Assembly: GCA_037146995.1 (NCBI GenBank)
Contig: JBAWWA010000004.1
Span: 4,077-68,076 of the forward strand
Length of the DNA: 64,000 bases
Source of the DNA: a bacterium
Lineage (GTDB): Bacteria > Patescibacteriota > Patescibacteriia > Patescibacteriales > GWE2-39-37
Reading direction: 5' to 3'
The notes under the pieces are model-generated. The model saw only the letters and a program-made list of their open reading frames with translations. It did no database searches and was not told the origin of the DNA. Shown piece by piece: positions 37,443 to 45,724 of this stretch (position 1 is the first letter of the stretch; every line of letters starts with the position of its first letter). The position numbers and the translations under genes are program-made.

Positions 37443-37523
37443 AGTTTTAATTATATGTATTTCTGTATTGTGAATGGTTTTATGGTTTAGTCCGACTTGC
37501 TTAATGAGGCCTAACCAGGTAAT

Positions 37524-39188
37524 ATGGATATATTAAATAAGAAAAATATGTCAACTTTATATAGAACTTATCGGCCCCAAACCTTTAACGAAACCCTGGG
37601 TCAAAACTACATAAAAATTATTCTCGAACATCAGATTTCGACTGGCAATTTGGCTCACGCTTTTATGTTTTGTGGTCCTCGTGCAGTTGGTAAAACAACC
37701 CTGGCTAGAGTCGTCGCCAAGGCCGTTAATTGCCTTGAGCGTCAAGATGGCGAGTCTGAACCATGCGGTAAATGCGAGGCCTGCGTAGAGATTAGTGCTG
37801 GGCGTAGTTTTGATGTTGTAGAGATTGATGCCGCGAGTAACACTGGCGTTGACAATGTGCGTGAACATGTAATTGCTAGCTCTCGTATTTCGCCAGCACA
37901 TTTAAAGAAAAAGGTGTTTATAATCGATGAGGTACATATGCTTTCAACTGCGGCCTTTAACGCTTTACTGAAAACCCTTGAAGAACCACCCTTGAACGTT
38001 TTGTTTATTTTGTGCACGACGGAAATCCACAAAGTGCCGCAAACCATTATTTCGCGCTGTCAGCGTTTTGATTTTAAGCGTATCGGCCTGAATGATGTTG
38101 TGAAAAAATTACAGTACATTATTAGTAAAGAGGGGATTGTCGCTGATAAAAAAATCCTCGAAGCTGTCGCGCGACATGCGGATGGTCATATGCGTGATGC
38201 CGAGAGTTTACTCGGTCAACTGGTAAATATTGGCGGCAAAGAAATTACTGAAGAAGAGGCTGGCTTGGTCATACCTCGGAGTGATTTAGCGGAAGTAATG
38301 CGCCTACTTGGCATGATTGCTGACAAGAATGCTTCTGATGCGATCCGTTTGGTAAATAAGTTGGTTGATGAGGGGATTGACTTGCGCGTGTTTGTAACCG
38401 ATATGATTGAGACATTACGCAAAATGCTGCTTTTAAAGATTAATCCGAGTTTGCTGAATTTTTTGAGTCTAGAAATGGGTGAAAACTTGGAATTGGATTT
38501 GAATAACATAAAAGAAAGACTGTCAGTTGAGCAAACGGTTTATTTGATTGAACAGTTGATTAAAGTTGGCAATGAAATAAAAAATAGCTTTATTGCTCAA
38601 TTACCTCTTGAATTAATGATTGCTCGAGTAAGTGTCGCCAGTGCTCAGGTTATTGCTCAGCAAGCCGTAGTGGCAATGACCAAGAATATGCCCAGTCCTG
38701 AAAATGGTGGCGATCAGGTAAAAAGTGAGGCATTAACTGCAACGACGACAGGGGCAACTAATGAAGGTTCTGTTGATTTTGCTACCGTGCTTGAGCGATG
38801 GAATGAATTTTTGGTTAGGGTAAAAAAGTATAATCATTCATTGTCCTTTATTTTGAAGGTATGCCAGCCCAGATCTATTAATGGAACGGAACTGTGTATT
38901 GCCTTTAAATACAAATTTCATAAAGACAGGGTAACTGACCCGACGATAAAAAGTTTGATCGATCGCGTTCTGACTGAAACCTATGGTGTTAATGTTACGA
39001 TGGAGGCGATAATTGATGACACCCTTGTGATTGAATCTGTAGCTAGTGCTGAGCCTAATGAGGCGACTGTACCGGTCACCTCTGCCTCGAAACCATATGA
39101 GGAGAAGGCGAAAAATGCTCCAGAAAAGGTAGATGATGAGATGCTGGATAACTTGCTTAAAACTTTTGGAGGCAAGGTTGTTGGTTGA
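37524..39188 (+). CDS. dnaX: DNA polymerase III subunit gamma/tau
   Basis: YRPQTF, CGPRAVGKTT, zinc module CGKCEAC, IIDEVHMLS, SRCQRF, plus a C-terminal tau-type domain. An alternative start lies at 37548. Confidence 0.93.
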   Translation: MDILNKKNMSTLYRTYRPQTFNETLGQNYIKIILEHQISTGNLAHAFMFCGPRAVGKTTLARVVAKAVNCLERQDGESEPCGKCEACVEISAGRSFDVVEIDAASNTGVDNVREHVIASSRISPAHLKKKVFIIDEVHMLSTAAFNALLKTLEEPPLNVLFILCTTEIHKVPQTIISRCQRFDFKRIGLNDVVKKLQYIISKEGIVADKKILEAVARHADGHMRDAESLLGQLVNIGGKEITEEEAGLVIPRSDLAEVMRLLGMIADKNASDAIRLVNKLVDEGIDLRVFVTDMIETLRKMLLLKINPSLLNFLSLEMGENLELDLNNIKERLSVEQTVYLIEQLIKVGNEIKNSFIAQLPLELMIARVSVASAQVIAQQAVVAMTKNMPSPENGGDQVKSEALTATTTGATNEGSVDFATVLERWNEFLVRVKKYNHSLSFILKVCQPRSINGTELCIAFKYKFHKDRVTDPTIKSLIDRVLTETYGVNVTMEAIIDDTLVIESVASAEPNEATVPVTSASKPYEEKAKNAPEKVDDEMLDNLLKTFGGKVVG

Positions 39189-39258
39189 CAGATAGAACGT
39201 TTAATGTTAGTTTAAAATAAGCCTATTATTTTAGGTATTTTCTTGATTTAAAAAATAT

Positions 39259-39329
39259 TCGGGGATCGTCTAGTGGTAGGACAACAGGTTCTGGTCCTGT
39301 TAACTGAGGTTCGAATCCTTGTCCCCGAG
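39259..39329 (+). tRNA. tRNA-Gln (anticodon CUG), CCA not encoded
   Basis: Cloverleaf folded by hand: acceptor UCGGGGA/UCCCCGA with U1-A72 and G73, D stem GUCU/GGAC, anticodon arm ACAGG-UUCUGGU-CCUGU, T arm UGAGG-UUCGAAU-CCUUG. Confidence 0.9.
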
Positions 39330-39375
39330 CATAAAGCAAAAAATGATTCAATAAATTTATTAATAAAATATTTGT

Positions 39376-39498
39376 ATGGCCAAAAGAGACACTGGAGTTG
39401 GAAGTAAGAAAAAGTCACACCCACATAAAACCGCCAAGCGCCTTGAAGTAAAAAGAGTAATGCTTGAGGTCTTAGCTGCAAAAAGAAAAAAAACCTAG
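39376..39498 (+). CDS. Possible 40-aa highly basic small protein (below the ORF-track cutoff)
   Basis: ATG..TAG ORF MAKRDTGVGSKKKSHPHKTAKRLEVKRVMLEVLAAKRKKT, followed 12 nt later by a strong terminator. No Shine-Dalgarno sequence. Confidence 0.3.
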   Translation: MAKRDTGVGSKKKSHPHKTAKRLEVKRVMLEVLAAKRKKT

Positions 39499-39508
39499 TT
39501 TGATAAAT

Positions 39509-39539
39509 AAAAAAACTCATTACTGTAATGAGTTTTTTT
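39509..39539. terminator. Bidirectional intrinsic terminator
   Basis: Stem CTCATT 39516-39521 / AATGAG 39527-39532, extended by A/T-run pairing; A-run left and T-run right. Confidence 0.8.
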
Positions 39540-39555
39540 ATTTATATGATTTAAA

Positions 39556-40377
39556 TTAGCGATTATATTTGGCCACTTCACGGGCTGCGCTTAATTTGTA
39601 ATAATTTATAGAAACATCGTCAATCCATTTTTTTACACTTACTGGGTCATGGCCAGCACAGGTCGAACCGCATTTCCAGCTGATCATTTGTGCCGGTGTC
39701 TTGCTGCCATGGCTTAACATTTCTGAAATTTTACCGCCAACGACAGCTATGGCATGTTCAGGTGAGTTAAAACAAGAATAGCCAGATGCGGTTGTATTTT
39801 CCTTGCCACGATAACCCCAATAATTGAAGCATTCATGACCATTTTTTTTGGGTGAGAATTTGCCGAATTTACTTTCTTTCATGGCAATACCAACTAAATA
39901 AGCTGCAACCGGTCGATCTTTTTGAGCCATTGCTACTGTCATAGTCTCCATGGGTGTGCCTTTGATAATAGCTCTGATATCATCGTCTAGTTTTTTGATT
40001 TCCGTAATTTTGTGACTATTTATAGATTTGCCTGTTACCGGATAATTATAGGTCCAATCGGCCTGAGGTGGCCAATTGATTTTGCTTATTTGATTATGGT
40101 AGCAGTATACGCTAAACGAGCGGGGTTTTATAAGATTATAAGTGGTTATTGAAAGTAATAACAACATAGCAACTAAGGCTGGCTTTTTAAATTGAGCTAA
40201 TGAAAGTATAAAAGATTTTTTTGTAATCTTTTCATCGTTCGATTTAAAACGTGTCTTGATGGATAGTTGTATTTTTCTTTTAGCAAGTGTTTTGTGGCGA
40301 TTTTTGGATATTTTTTTCATAAAATTAACTAAAACCGAAAAAACAAAAAAGTAGCAATTGGCTACTTTGATTTGCAT
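39556..40377 (-). CDS. Hypothetical membrane-anchored exported protein (weak resemblance to cell-wall hydrolases)
   Basis: One TM helix (PALVAMLLLLSITTYNLI), then a Cys/Trp-containing globular domain (AMKESKFG, NYWGYRG). The start may be ATG 40320. Confidence 0.5.
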   Translation of the reverse strand: MQIKVANCYFFVFSVLVNFMKKISKNRHKTLAKRKIQLSIKTRFKSNDEKITKKSFILSLAQFKKPALVAMLLLLSITTYNLIKPRSFSVYCYHNQISKINWPPQADWTYNYPVTGKSINSHKITEIKKLDDDIRAIIKGTPMETMTVAMAQKDRPVAAYLVGIAMKESKFGKFSPKKNGHECFNYWGYRGKENTTASGYSCFNSPEHAIAVVGGKISEMLSHGSKTPAQMISWKCGSTCAGHDPVSVKKWIDDVSINYYKLSAAREVAKYNR

Positions 40378-40425
40378 ACCTTAACATATTTTACTAAAAA
40401 AAGCAAGTGATCAAGGTTTTTAATG

Positions 40426-40454
40426 TTTGACAAATAAGACGTCTTGTGCTAATA
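40426..40454 (+). promoter_or_regulatory. Sigma-70-type promoter upstream of the DEAD-box helicase leader
   Basis: TTGACA 40426-40431, 17-nt spacer, TAATAT 40449-40454. Confidence 0.6.
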
Positions 40455-40516
40455 TCTAATTAATTATAACTCAAACAGGCTTTAACTCTCGCGTCATTAT
40501 ATTTAGATTTAAATAG

Positions 40517-40553
40517 GTAAGTGGCTTCGCAGAACTCGAGCCACTTATTTTTT
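40517..40553 (+). terminator. Intrinsic terminator inside the helicase 5' leader (attenuator or end of a ~90-nt sRNA)
   Basis: Stem TAAGTGGCT 40517-40525 / AGCCACTTA 40538-40546, T-run 40547-40553. Lies 80 nt upstream of the ATG. Confidence 0.7.
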
Positions 40554-40633
40554 TATTGCGCTGTCTCAATTTTTCGTCGAATTCCAGTGATTAGCTGGTT
40601 TTTACGAGCAATATTTGGCAGCAAATCTATTGT

Positions 40634-41989
40634 ATGAACAAACTTATAAACGAGAAGCCAGAAAGCTTCACAGATCTTGGTGTGGCCGCAAGTATTTTAG
40701 CCGTCTTGGATAAAAATGGCATCACTATGCCAACACCTATTCAACATAAGGCCATTCCCATTGCTCTAGAAGGCAATGACCTCATCGGTATCGCTCAAAC
40801 CGGAACTGGCAAGACATTTGCTTTTGGATTACCCATGATTGAAAGAATTAATTTGACCAAGGGCAAGGGGTTGATACTGCTACCAACGCGTGAACTTGCG
40901 TTGCAAGTCGAATCAGAGCTTGATAAAATTGGCCAGACTTTGGGTCTGCGTTTGGCTGTCTTGATAGGTGGCGAAGGTGCAAATAAGCAAGTTGCCGCTC
41001 TGCGCAGGAATCCACACATCGTGGTCGCCACCCCAGGGCGTTTGATTGACTTTATGAAAAGAGGGTTGATCCGTTTGAATCAAGTCAAGATTTTGGTCCT
41101 AGATGAGGCTGACATGATGCTTGATATGGGTTTTTTACCTCAGGTGGAGCAAATCTTGAAGGATGTTCCATTGGATCGTCAGACAATGTTATTTTCGGCC
41201 ACGATGCCAGTAGCGATTGCTAAATTGGCTAGTAAATATATGAAATTGCCAGTCAGTATCGAAGTTGCTCCAGCAGGCACAACAGCTGAACGCGTCGAGC
41301 AGGAATTGTTTGTCGTGCGACGTGATGATAAATTTAAACAGTTAGTGACGATTTTAGATAAATATGATGGTTCAGTGTTGGTTTTTACGCGCACTAAGTA
41401 TGCTGCTAAAAGCTTGACTAGACAATTAAAAGGTCAGCATTTTGCAGCGGCAGAGATTCATTCTGACAGATCGCTGCAGCAACGCAAAGAGGCCTTGCAA
41501 GGCTTTAAAGATGGAAAATTCAGGGTTTTGATTGCGACTGATATCGCGGCTCGTGGCATTGATGTTAAAGGTATTGAGTTAGTGGTTAATTATGATTTAC
41601 CTGATTCGCCAGAAGATTACGTGCATCGTATTGGTCGCACTGGCCGTGCCGGTCAAACTGGCCGTGCTATCTCCTTTGCTATTTCAACACAATGGAAAGA
41701 AATAAAGAATATCGAGCGCTTAATTAAAATGGAGTTGCCAAAAACTAAATTTGCCGAACTTGAAGAGGCCCCATCAAAGCCAGTCGGTGGTGGACGAAAA
41801 CCACCGCGAAATCGTTTTAGTTCGCATGGAGTTGCAGCAAAATTTAGGCCTTTATCCAAGCCTGTTTCAAATATTCGTCCAGCCAGTGGTCCAGCCATAA
41901 AATCACACACCGGTGAATATATTAGTGGTCAGGCCCCAAAATATCGATCATATGCTGAAAAATTAAAAGCCGAAAGCAAGGGGCGCTAG
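40634..41989 (+). CDS. DEAD-box ATP-dependent RNA helicase
   Basis: Q motif, AQTGTGKT, PTRELA, DEAD (VLDEADMML), SAT, HRIGRTGRAG; basic C-terminal tail. Confidence 0.95.
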   Translation: MNKLINEKPESFTDLGVAASILAVLDKNGITMPTPIQHKAIPIALEGNDLIGIAQTGTGKTFAFGLPMIERINLTKGKGLILLPTRELALQVESELDKIGQTLGLRLAVLIGGEGANKQVAALRRNPHIVVATPGRLIDFMKRGLIRLNQVKILVLDEADMMLDMGFLPQVEQILKDVPLDRQTMLFSATMPVAIAKLASKYMKLPVSIEVAPAGTTAERVEQELFVVRRDDKFKQLVTILDKYDGSVLVFTRTKYAAKSLTRQLKGQHFAAAEIHSDRSLQQRKEALQGFKDGKFRVLIATDIAARGIDVKGIELVVNYDLPDSPEDYVHRIGRTGRAGQTGRAISFAISTQWKEIKNIERLIKMELPKTKFAELEEAPSKPVGGGRKPPRNRFSSHGVAAKFRPLSKPVSNIRPASGPAIKSHTGEYISGQAPKYRSYAEKLKAESKGR

Positions 41990-42010
41990 ACTTAGTTTTT
42001 GATAGAAAAC

Positions 42011-42039
42011 AAAAATCGACACTAAAAGTGTCGATTTTT
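42011..42039. terminator. Intrinsic terminator after the helicase gene
   Basis: Stem TCGACAC 42016-42022 / GTGTCGA 42028-42034; A-run before, T-run 42035-42039. Confidence 0.8.
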
Positions 42040-42146
42040 AATTGTCATGTATTTACAAAAGTGAGTAATAATGTTATTGTAAATATAGCTTGTAATATTA
42101 ATATTATGTAAACGTCTTATATTATAAGAGTCATTAAAAGAAAAAA

Positions 42147-43631
42147 ATGTTTGAATATAAATACCGAATAAAAAGTATTAGCCAACCAGCCAACGATTTA
42201 GTATTAATCGATTTAGTTTCGGCTAATGGACAGCCAATTTTTAAGTATCGTCCAGGTCAATATGTGATGATTAGCTATCGCAATGAAGCTGGTCAAATCG
42301 AAGAGAAGCACTCATTTTCAATTGCGAGTTCGCCGACTGAACAGGGTGTTTTACGCCTTGGTATTAGAGTAATGGGTCGCTTCACTCAAGGTTTACTAAA
42401 ATTAAAGCCAGAATCAGATATCTTAGTTTATGGTCCGTTTGGCACATTTAGCTTTGATGAGGCAAGGCATGCAAGTGCTGTTTTTTTAGCTGGCGGCATT
42501 GGTATAACACCATTTTTGAGCGCCCTTGCTTACGCCACTGACAAGAAATTACCAAATCAATTGTCATTACTTTATAGCAATCGGACATTGAAGGGTACGG
42601 CATTTTTTGATGATTTAAAAAAAATCGAAAGTACAAATTCTAATGTAAAAATGTTGATGTCGGTAACTGATGAAAAGTCTTTGGCACCAACAGCTGGCAT
42701 AATCACCGAAAGATTTTGTACGTCAATATTAAAGGATTTTATTGGCGATGTTTATGCTAAGACTTTTTTCTTGTGCGGTCCAGCAGCCTTCATGAAAGGT
42801 ATGAAGAATTGCTTGCTTGAATTGGGGGCCAAGGAGGAGCAGATATTAATGGAGGAATTTTCTATGACGGCTAATCGCTCAGCCTTTTCAAGATTGAATT
42901 ATGTCGTATCGATGGCTGGCTATGGTGCCTTGGCGGCTTTATTGCCATTTTATGTGATCTATGCGGCCAATACCAAGGCTGAAAATCAAACGCCAATGCA
43001 AACGCCAACGCTTGATGTGGCAGGAAATATTGAGGAGCCTGAAACTATGATCGATAAAGCAATTGAATATTTACCGAATGCTTTGGATAAAGATGAAAAT
43101 GTCACCAAAAATGCGGTTACGGGTGTGAACGGTACAGAAACTGAGGCGCAAGCCGTTGTTTCACCGACGGTCTACAATACTCTAAAGAAAATTTCTAATA
43201 CACCAGCGGTGATTAAGGCTGCGGTGATTAAAGCTGCCACGCCGAATGTTGCAGCACCTAAAACGGCGTCATACAAAACGCCAGTACCTAAGACGACTAG
43301 CTCTATACCGGCTAATGAGGCCACGGCAAATTCTAATACTCAGCCAACGACGGCGCCAAAACCAACGACCGCCTCATCAATCACAACTCATACGACAACT
43401 CCAGGGCAGGCCAATCAGACACCTGCCAATACGACCCCAACGCCTAGTACAAGCGCCTCTGGCGCTACAACTGCTGGACCGTCAACGAATGGTGGATCAA
43501 CAGCAACAAATCCATCAACCCCGACTCCGATAACCAACGCCTCTGGTACGGTTATTAGCGGTGGATCGACTGCAACAACTGGTACAGGGGCTGTAAATAC
43601 TGGTCGAAACAGAGAAGAAGAAGATGATTAA
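42147..43631 (+). CDS. NOX/FRE-type FAD- and NAD(P)H-binding dehydrogenase domain protein with a C-terminal TM helix and a long Thr/Pro-rich tail
   Basis: RPGQYVMISY, FAD motif HSFSIASSP (compare NOX HPFTLTSAP), NAD(P)H motif FLAGGIGITPFLS, CGP. TM helix YVVSMAGYGALAALLPFYVIYAA, then about 220 aa of low-complexity T/P/A/S. Confidence 0.8.
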   Translation: MFEYKYRIKSISQPANDLVLIDLVSANGQPIFKYRPGQYVMISYRNEAGQIEEKHSFSIASSPTEQGVLRLGIRVMGRFTQGLLKLKPESDILVYGPFGTFSFDEARHASAVFLAGGIGITPFLSALAYATDKKLPNQLSLLYSNRTLKGTAFFDDLKKIESTNSNVKMLMSVTDEKSLAPTAGIITERFCTSILKDFIGDVYAKTFFLCGPAAFMKGMKNCLLELGAKEEQILMEEFSMTANRSAFSRLNYVVSMAGYGALAALLPFYVIYAANTKAENQTPMQTPTLDVAGNIEEPETMIDKAIEYLPNALDKDENVTKNAVTGVNGTETEAQAVVSPTVYNTLKKISNTPAVIKAAVIKAATPNVAAPKTASYKTPVPKTTSSIPANEATANSNTQPTTAPKPTTASSITTHTTTPGQANQTPANTTPTPSTSASGATTAGPSTNGGSTATNPSTPTPITNASGTVISGGSTATTGTGAVNTGRNREEEDD

Positions 43632-43639
43632 TAAAAAAT

Positions 43640-44056
43640 ATGAAAAATAAAATATTTACACTACCTATATTATTTTTAGCAATTACTGGATCAGCGCTGG
43701 GCTATTATTTTGGTGCCATTAATCAACGCAGTAAATCTATTGTCGTTGCTGTTAATAATCAACCATTAATTTCAGTCGGCAATACTCAGGTCAACAAGAT
43801 AAAGTCAGTAGTTGCAAAGCCAGTCACGCCAACTGCATCAACCAAGATTTCAAACAAAACAATACCGACACCGACATCCTCAGCAATTAAATCTAAACCG
43901 ATTGTTACGACGACTGTCAAAAAAACATCGGCTGTAAAAATTCCTACAAAAACTGTCGTGCCAGTGGCTAAGCCTGTTATTCAGCAGCCAGCCGCACCTG
44001 CGCCAACACCAGCGGCTGCAGTAACTACGCCAACTCCGACCACCAAGGCTTCTTAA
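43640..44056 (+). CDS. Membrane-anchored Thr/Pro/Val-rich low-complexity protein
   Basis: N-terminal TM helix (FTLPILFLAITGSALGYYFGAI), then a mucin-like T/P/K-rich sequence. Confidence 0.55.
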   Translation: MKNKIFTLPILFLAITGSALGYYFGAINQRSKSIVVAVNNQPLISVGNTQVNKIKSVVAKPVTPTASTKISNKTIPTPTSSAIKSKPIVTTTVKKTSAVKIPTKTVVPVAKPVIQQPAAPAPTPAAAVTTPTPTTKAS

Positions 44057-44061
44057 AATAT

Positions 44062-45009
44062 ATGGAACTATCTTGGAAAAAATTCAATGCAATGGGGACA
44101 GAAATCGTGCTGCTGGCCGAGTTGCAACCCGAGCAGAGGTATTTATTAGACAAGGCTGTGTCGGCGATAAATGAGTTTGATTTACGTTTTAGTCGTTTTA
44201 AGGAGAAAAGTGAATTGAACGTTTTTAATAAATTTCAGGGCGGAACATATCAGGCTAGTGAAATGCTGGCTGATATTTTGAAACATTCCCAGAAATACTA
44301 CAAAGAAACTAACGGCTTATTTGATCCGTTAGTTATTGATATCCTAGAGGCAATTGGTTATAAAAACACTTTCAATGAGACCGGCAAAGAACAACTTACT
44401 TACGATGAGGAATTAGCACGACGCAGTGTCGCTAAAAAAATTTTTGCTGCTAGGCCAAAGCTTGACCAACTTATAATTGACGGCACAAAGCTTGTGGTCC
44501 CAGAAGGTTTGCGCTTTGATACTGGCGGCATCGGCAAGGGTTATATAGTTGATATTTTAGCGAATGATATATTTAAAAATATAGACAATTATTGGCTTTC
44601 AGCTGGTGGTGATTTGTTAATCAAGGGAAGTGATTTGGGTAAAATTGGCTGGAAAGTTGGTGTGCAGAATCCATTAGTTGATAATCAAGAAAGTTTTTCG
44701 ATTAACACATTGGGTGAGACCATGGGGATAGCTACTTCTGGTGTAATTAAACGTCAAGGTATAGTAGGTGGTATCAAATGGCACCATATAATTGATCCAC
44801 GTACTGGTGAGCCAGCGGTTACGGATGTTATTTCCGTGACAATGATTGCTCCGACTGCCGAGGAGGCGGATATTTACGCCAAGACCGTTTTAATGTTAGG
44901 ATCAAAGGAGGGCTTAGAGTTCGTTGAATCACGTGACGGTTTGGAATGTGCTATCTTTTTTCGCGATAAAGCCCCAATATTTTCTAGAGGGATAATAAAA
45001 TACTTATAA
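44062..45009 (+). CDS. apbE: FAD:protein FMN transferase (ApbE family), no obvious signal peptide
   Basis: ApbE blocks AMGT, FDPLV, FDTGGIGKGY, ATSG, HHIIDPRTGEP. Confidence 0.85.
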   Translation: MELSWKKFNAMGTEIVLLAELQPEQRYLLDKAVSAINEFDLRFSRFKEKSELNVFNKFQGGTYQASEMLADILKHSQKYYKETNGLFDPLVIDILEAIGYKNTFNETGKEQLTYDEELARRSVAKKIFAARPKLDQLIIDGTKLVVPEGLRFDTGGIGKGYIVDILANDIFKNIDNYWLSAGGDLLIKGSDLGKIGWKVGVQNPLVDNQESFSINTLGETMGIATSGVIKRQGIVGGIKWHHIIDPRTGEPAVTDVISVTMIAPTAEEADIYAKTVLMLGSKEGLEFVESRDGLECAIFFRDKAPIFSRGIIKYL

Positions 45010-45013
45010 AAAT

Positions 45014-45724
45014 ATGAAACAATTAGTTAAGATATTGTTAATTTTGGTCGTTGCCATCGGTCTTGGCTTTTTCTTTGGCGTTTATAATACGCCACAAGCA
45101 GTAGAAGTTTACAATGCTTCTGGTCAATTAATTAGTTCAACATCAGCGCAAACCATCGGTTCTGTGTTTGTACCAGGCTTGAAGATAGAAAGCATTCCTT
45201 GGTATGTTTCTAGATCTTCGGCGATTGCTGCTTATTTATTGTTATTCTCGATCATCGCTTGGGGCTTAGGTATGGCGATTGGCTTTACCTATAGATTTGT
45301 CGATCCGGCACGCGCCTGGCAGGTGCATCAAGATATGAGCATGTCGTTTGGTGTTTTGGTGTTTGTTCACGCATTTTCTTTGCTTTTTGATAAGTTTATG
45401 AACTTTGATATTTTTGATATCTTGATTCCATTTTATTCGAATTACAAAACCTGGTTTTTAAGCCTGGGGATTGTCGGTTTTTATTTACTGTTACTAATCA
45501 TTATTTCTTCGGTATTTTTGCGCTTATCAAGTCCAAGATTCTGGCGTTTTTCTCATTATTTGGTTTATCCATTATTTTTATTTGCAACCATTCATGGTTT
45601 GCAGCTAGGAACAGATTCTAGTACAATGATAATGCAGACGGTTTATAAATTTGCAGGAGCGGTTATCGTCATTTTATTTGTTTATCGTTTTACTATTACT
45701 TTGTATCAAAATAGAATTAAATAA
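45014..45724 (+). CDS. Ferric-reductase-domain (FRD; NOX/YedZ-like) bis-heme transmembrane protein
   Basis: Six TM helices. His pairs H105/H119 (spacing 14) and H181/H194 (spacing 13) match the NOX/FRE heme-ligand spacing. Confidence 0.75.
   Translation: MKQLVKILLILVVAIGLGFFFGVYNTPQAVEVYNASGQLISSTSAQTIGSVFVPGLKIESIPWYVSRSSAIAAYLLLFSIIAWGLGMAIGFTYRFVDPARAWQVHQDMSMSFGVLVFVHAFSLLFDKFMNFDIFDILIPFYSNYKTWFLSLGIVGFYLLLLIIISSVFLRLSSPRFWRFSHYLVYPLFLFATIHGLQLGTDSSTMIMQTVYKFAGAVIVILFVYRFTITLYQNRIK

Noticed and set aside
39248-39520. 90-aa minus-strand ORF
   Set aside because: It overlaps the hand-folded tRNA-Gln on the opposite strand and the small basic ORF and terminator. It has no Shine-Dalgarno sequence and is considered spurious.
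43208-43240. 15-nt tandem duplication (GCGGTGATTAAGGCT GCGGTGATTAAAGCT; protein AVIKAAVIKAA) in the T/P-rich tail
   Set aside because: This is a real but trivial slippage-type repeat inside a low-complexity coding region. It does not indicate a separate element.
43246-43533. Alternative-frame and antisense ORFs in the track (for example 43246-43533 +, 17835-18146 +, 15428-15679 -, 16807-17142 +, 56704-57184 -, 30114-30752 -)
   Set aside because: Each lies wholly inside a well-supported gene on another frame or strand. They have biased low-complexity composition and no independent start signals, so they are shadow ORFs.
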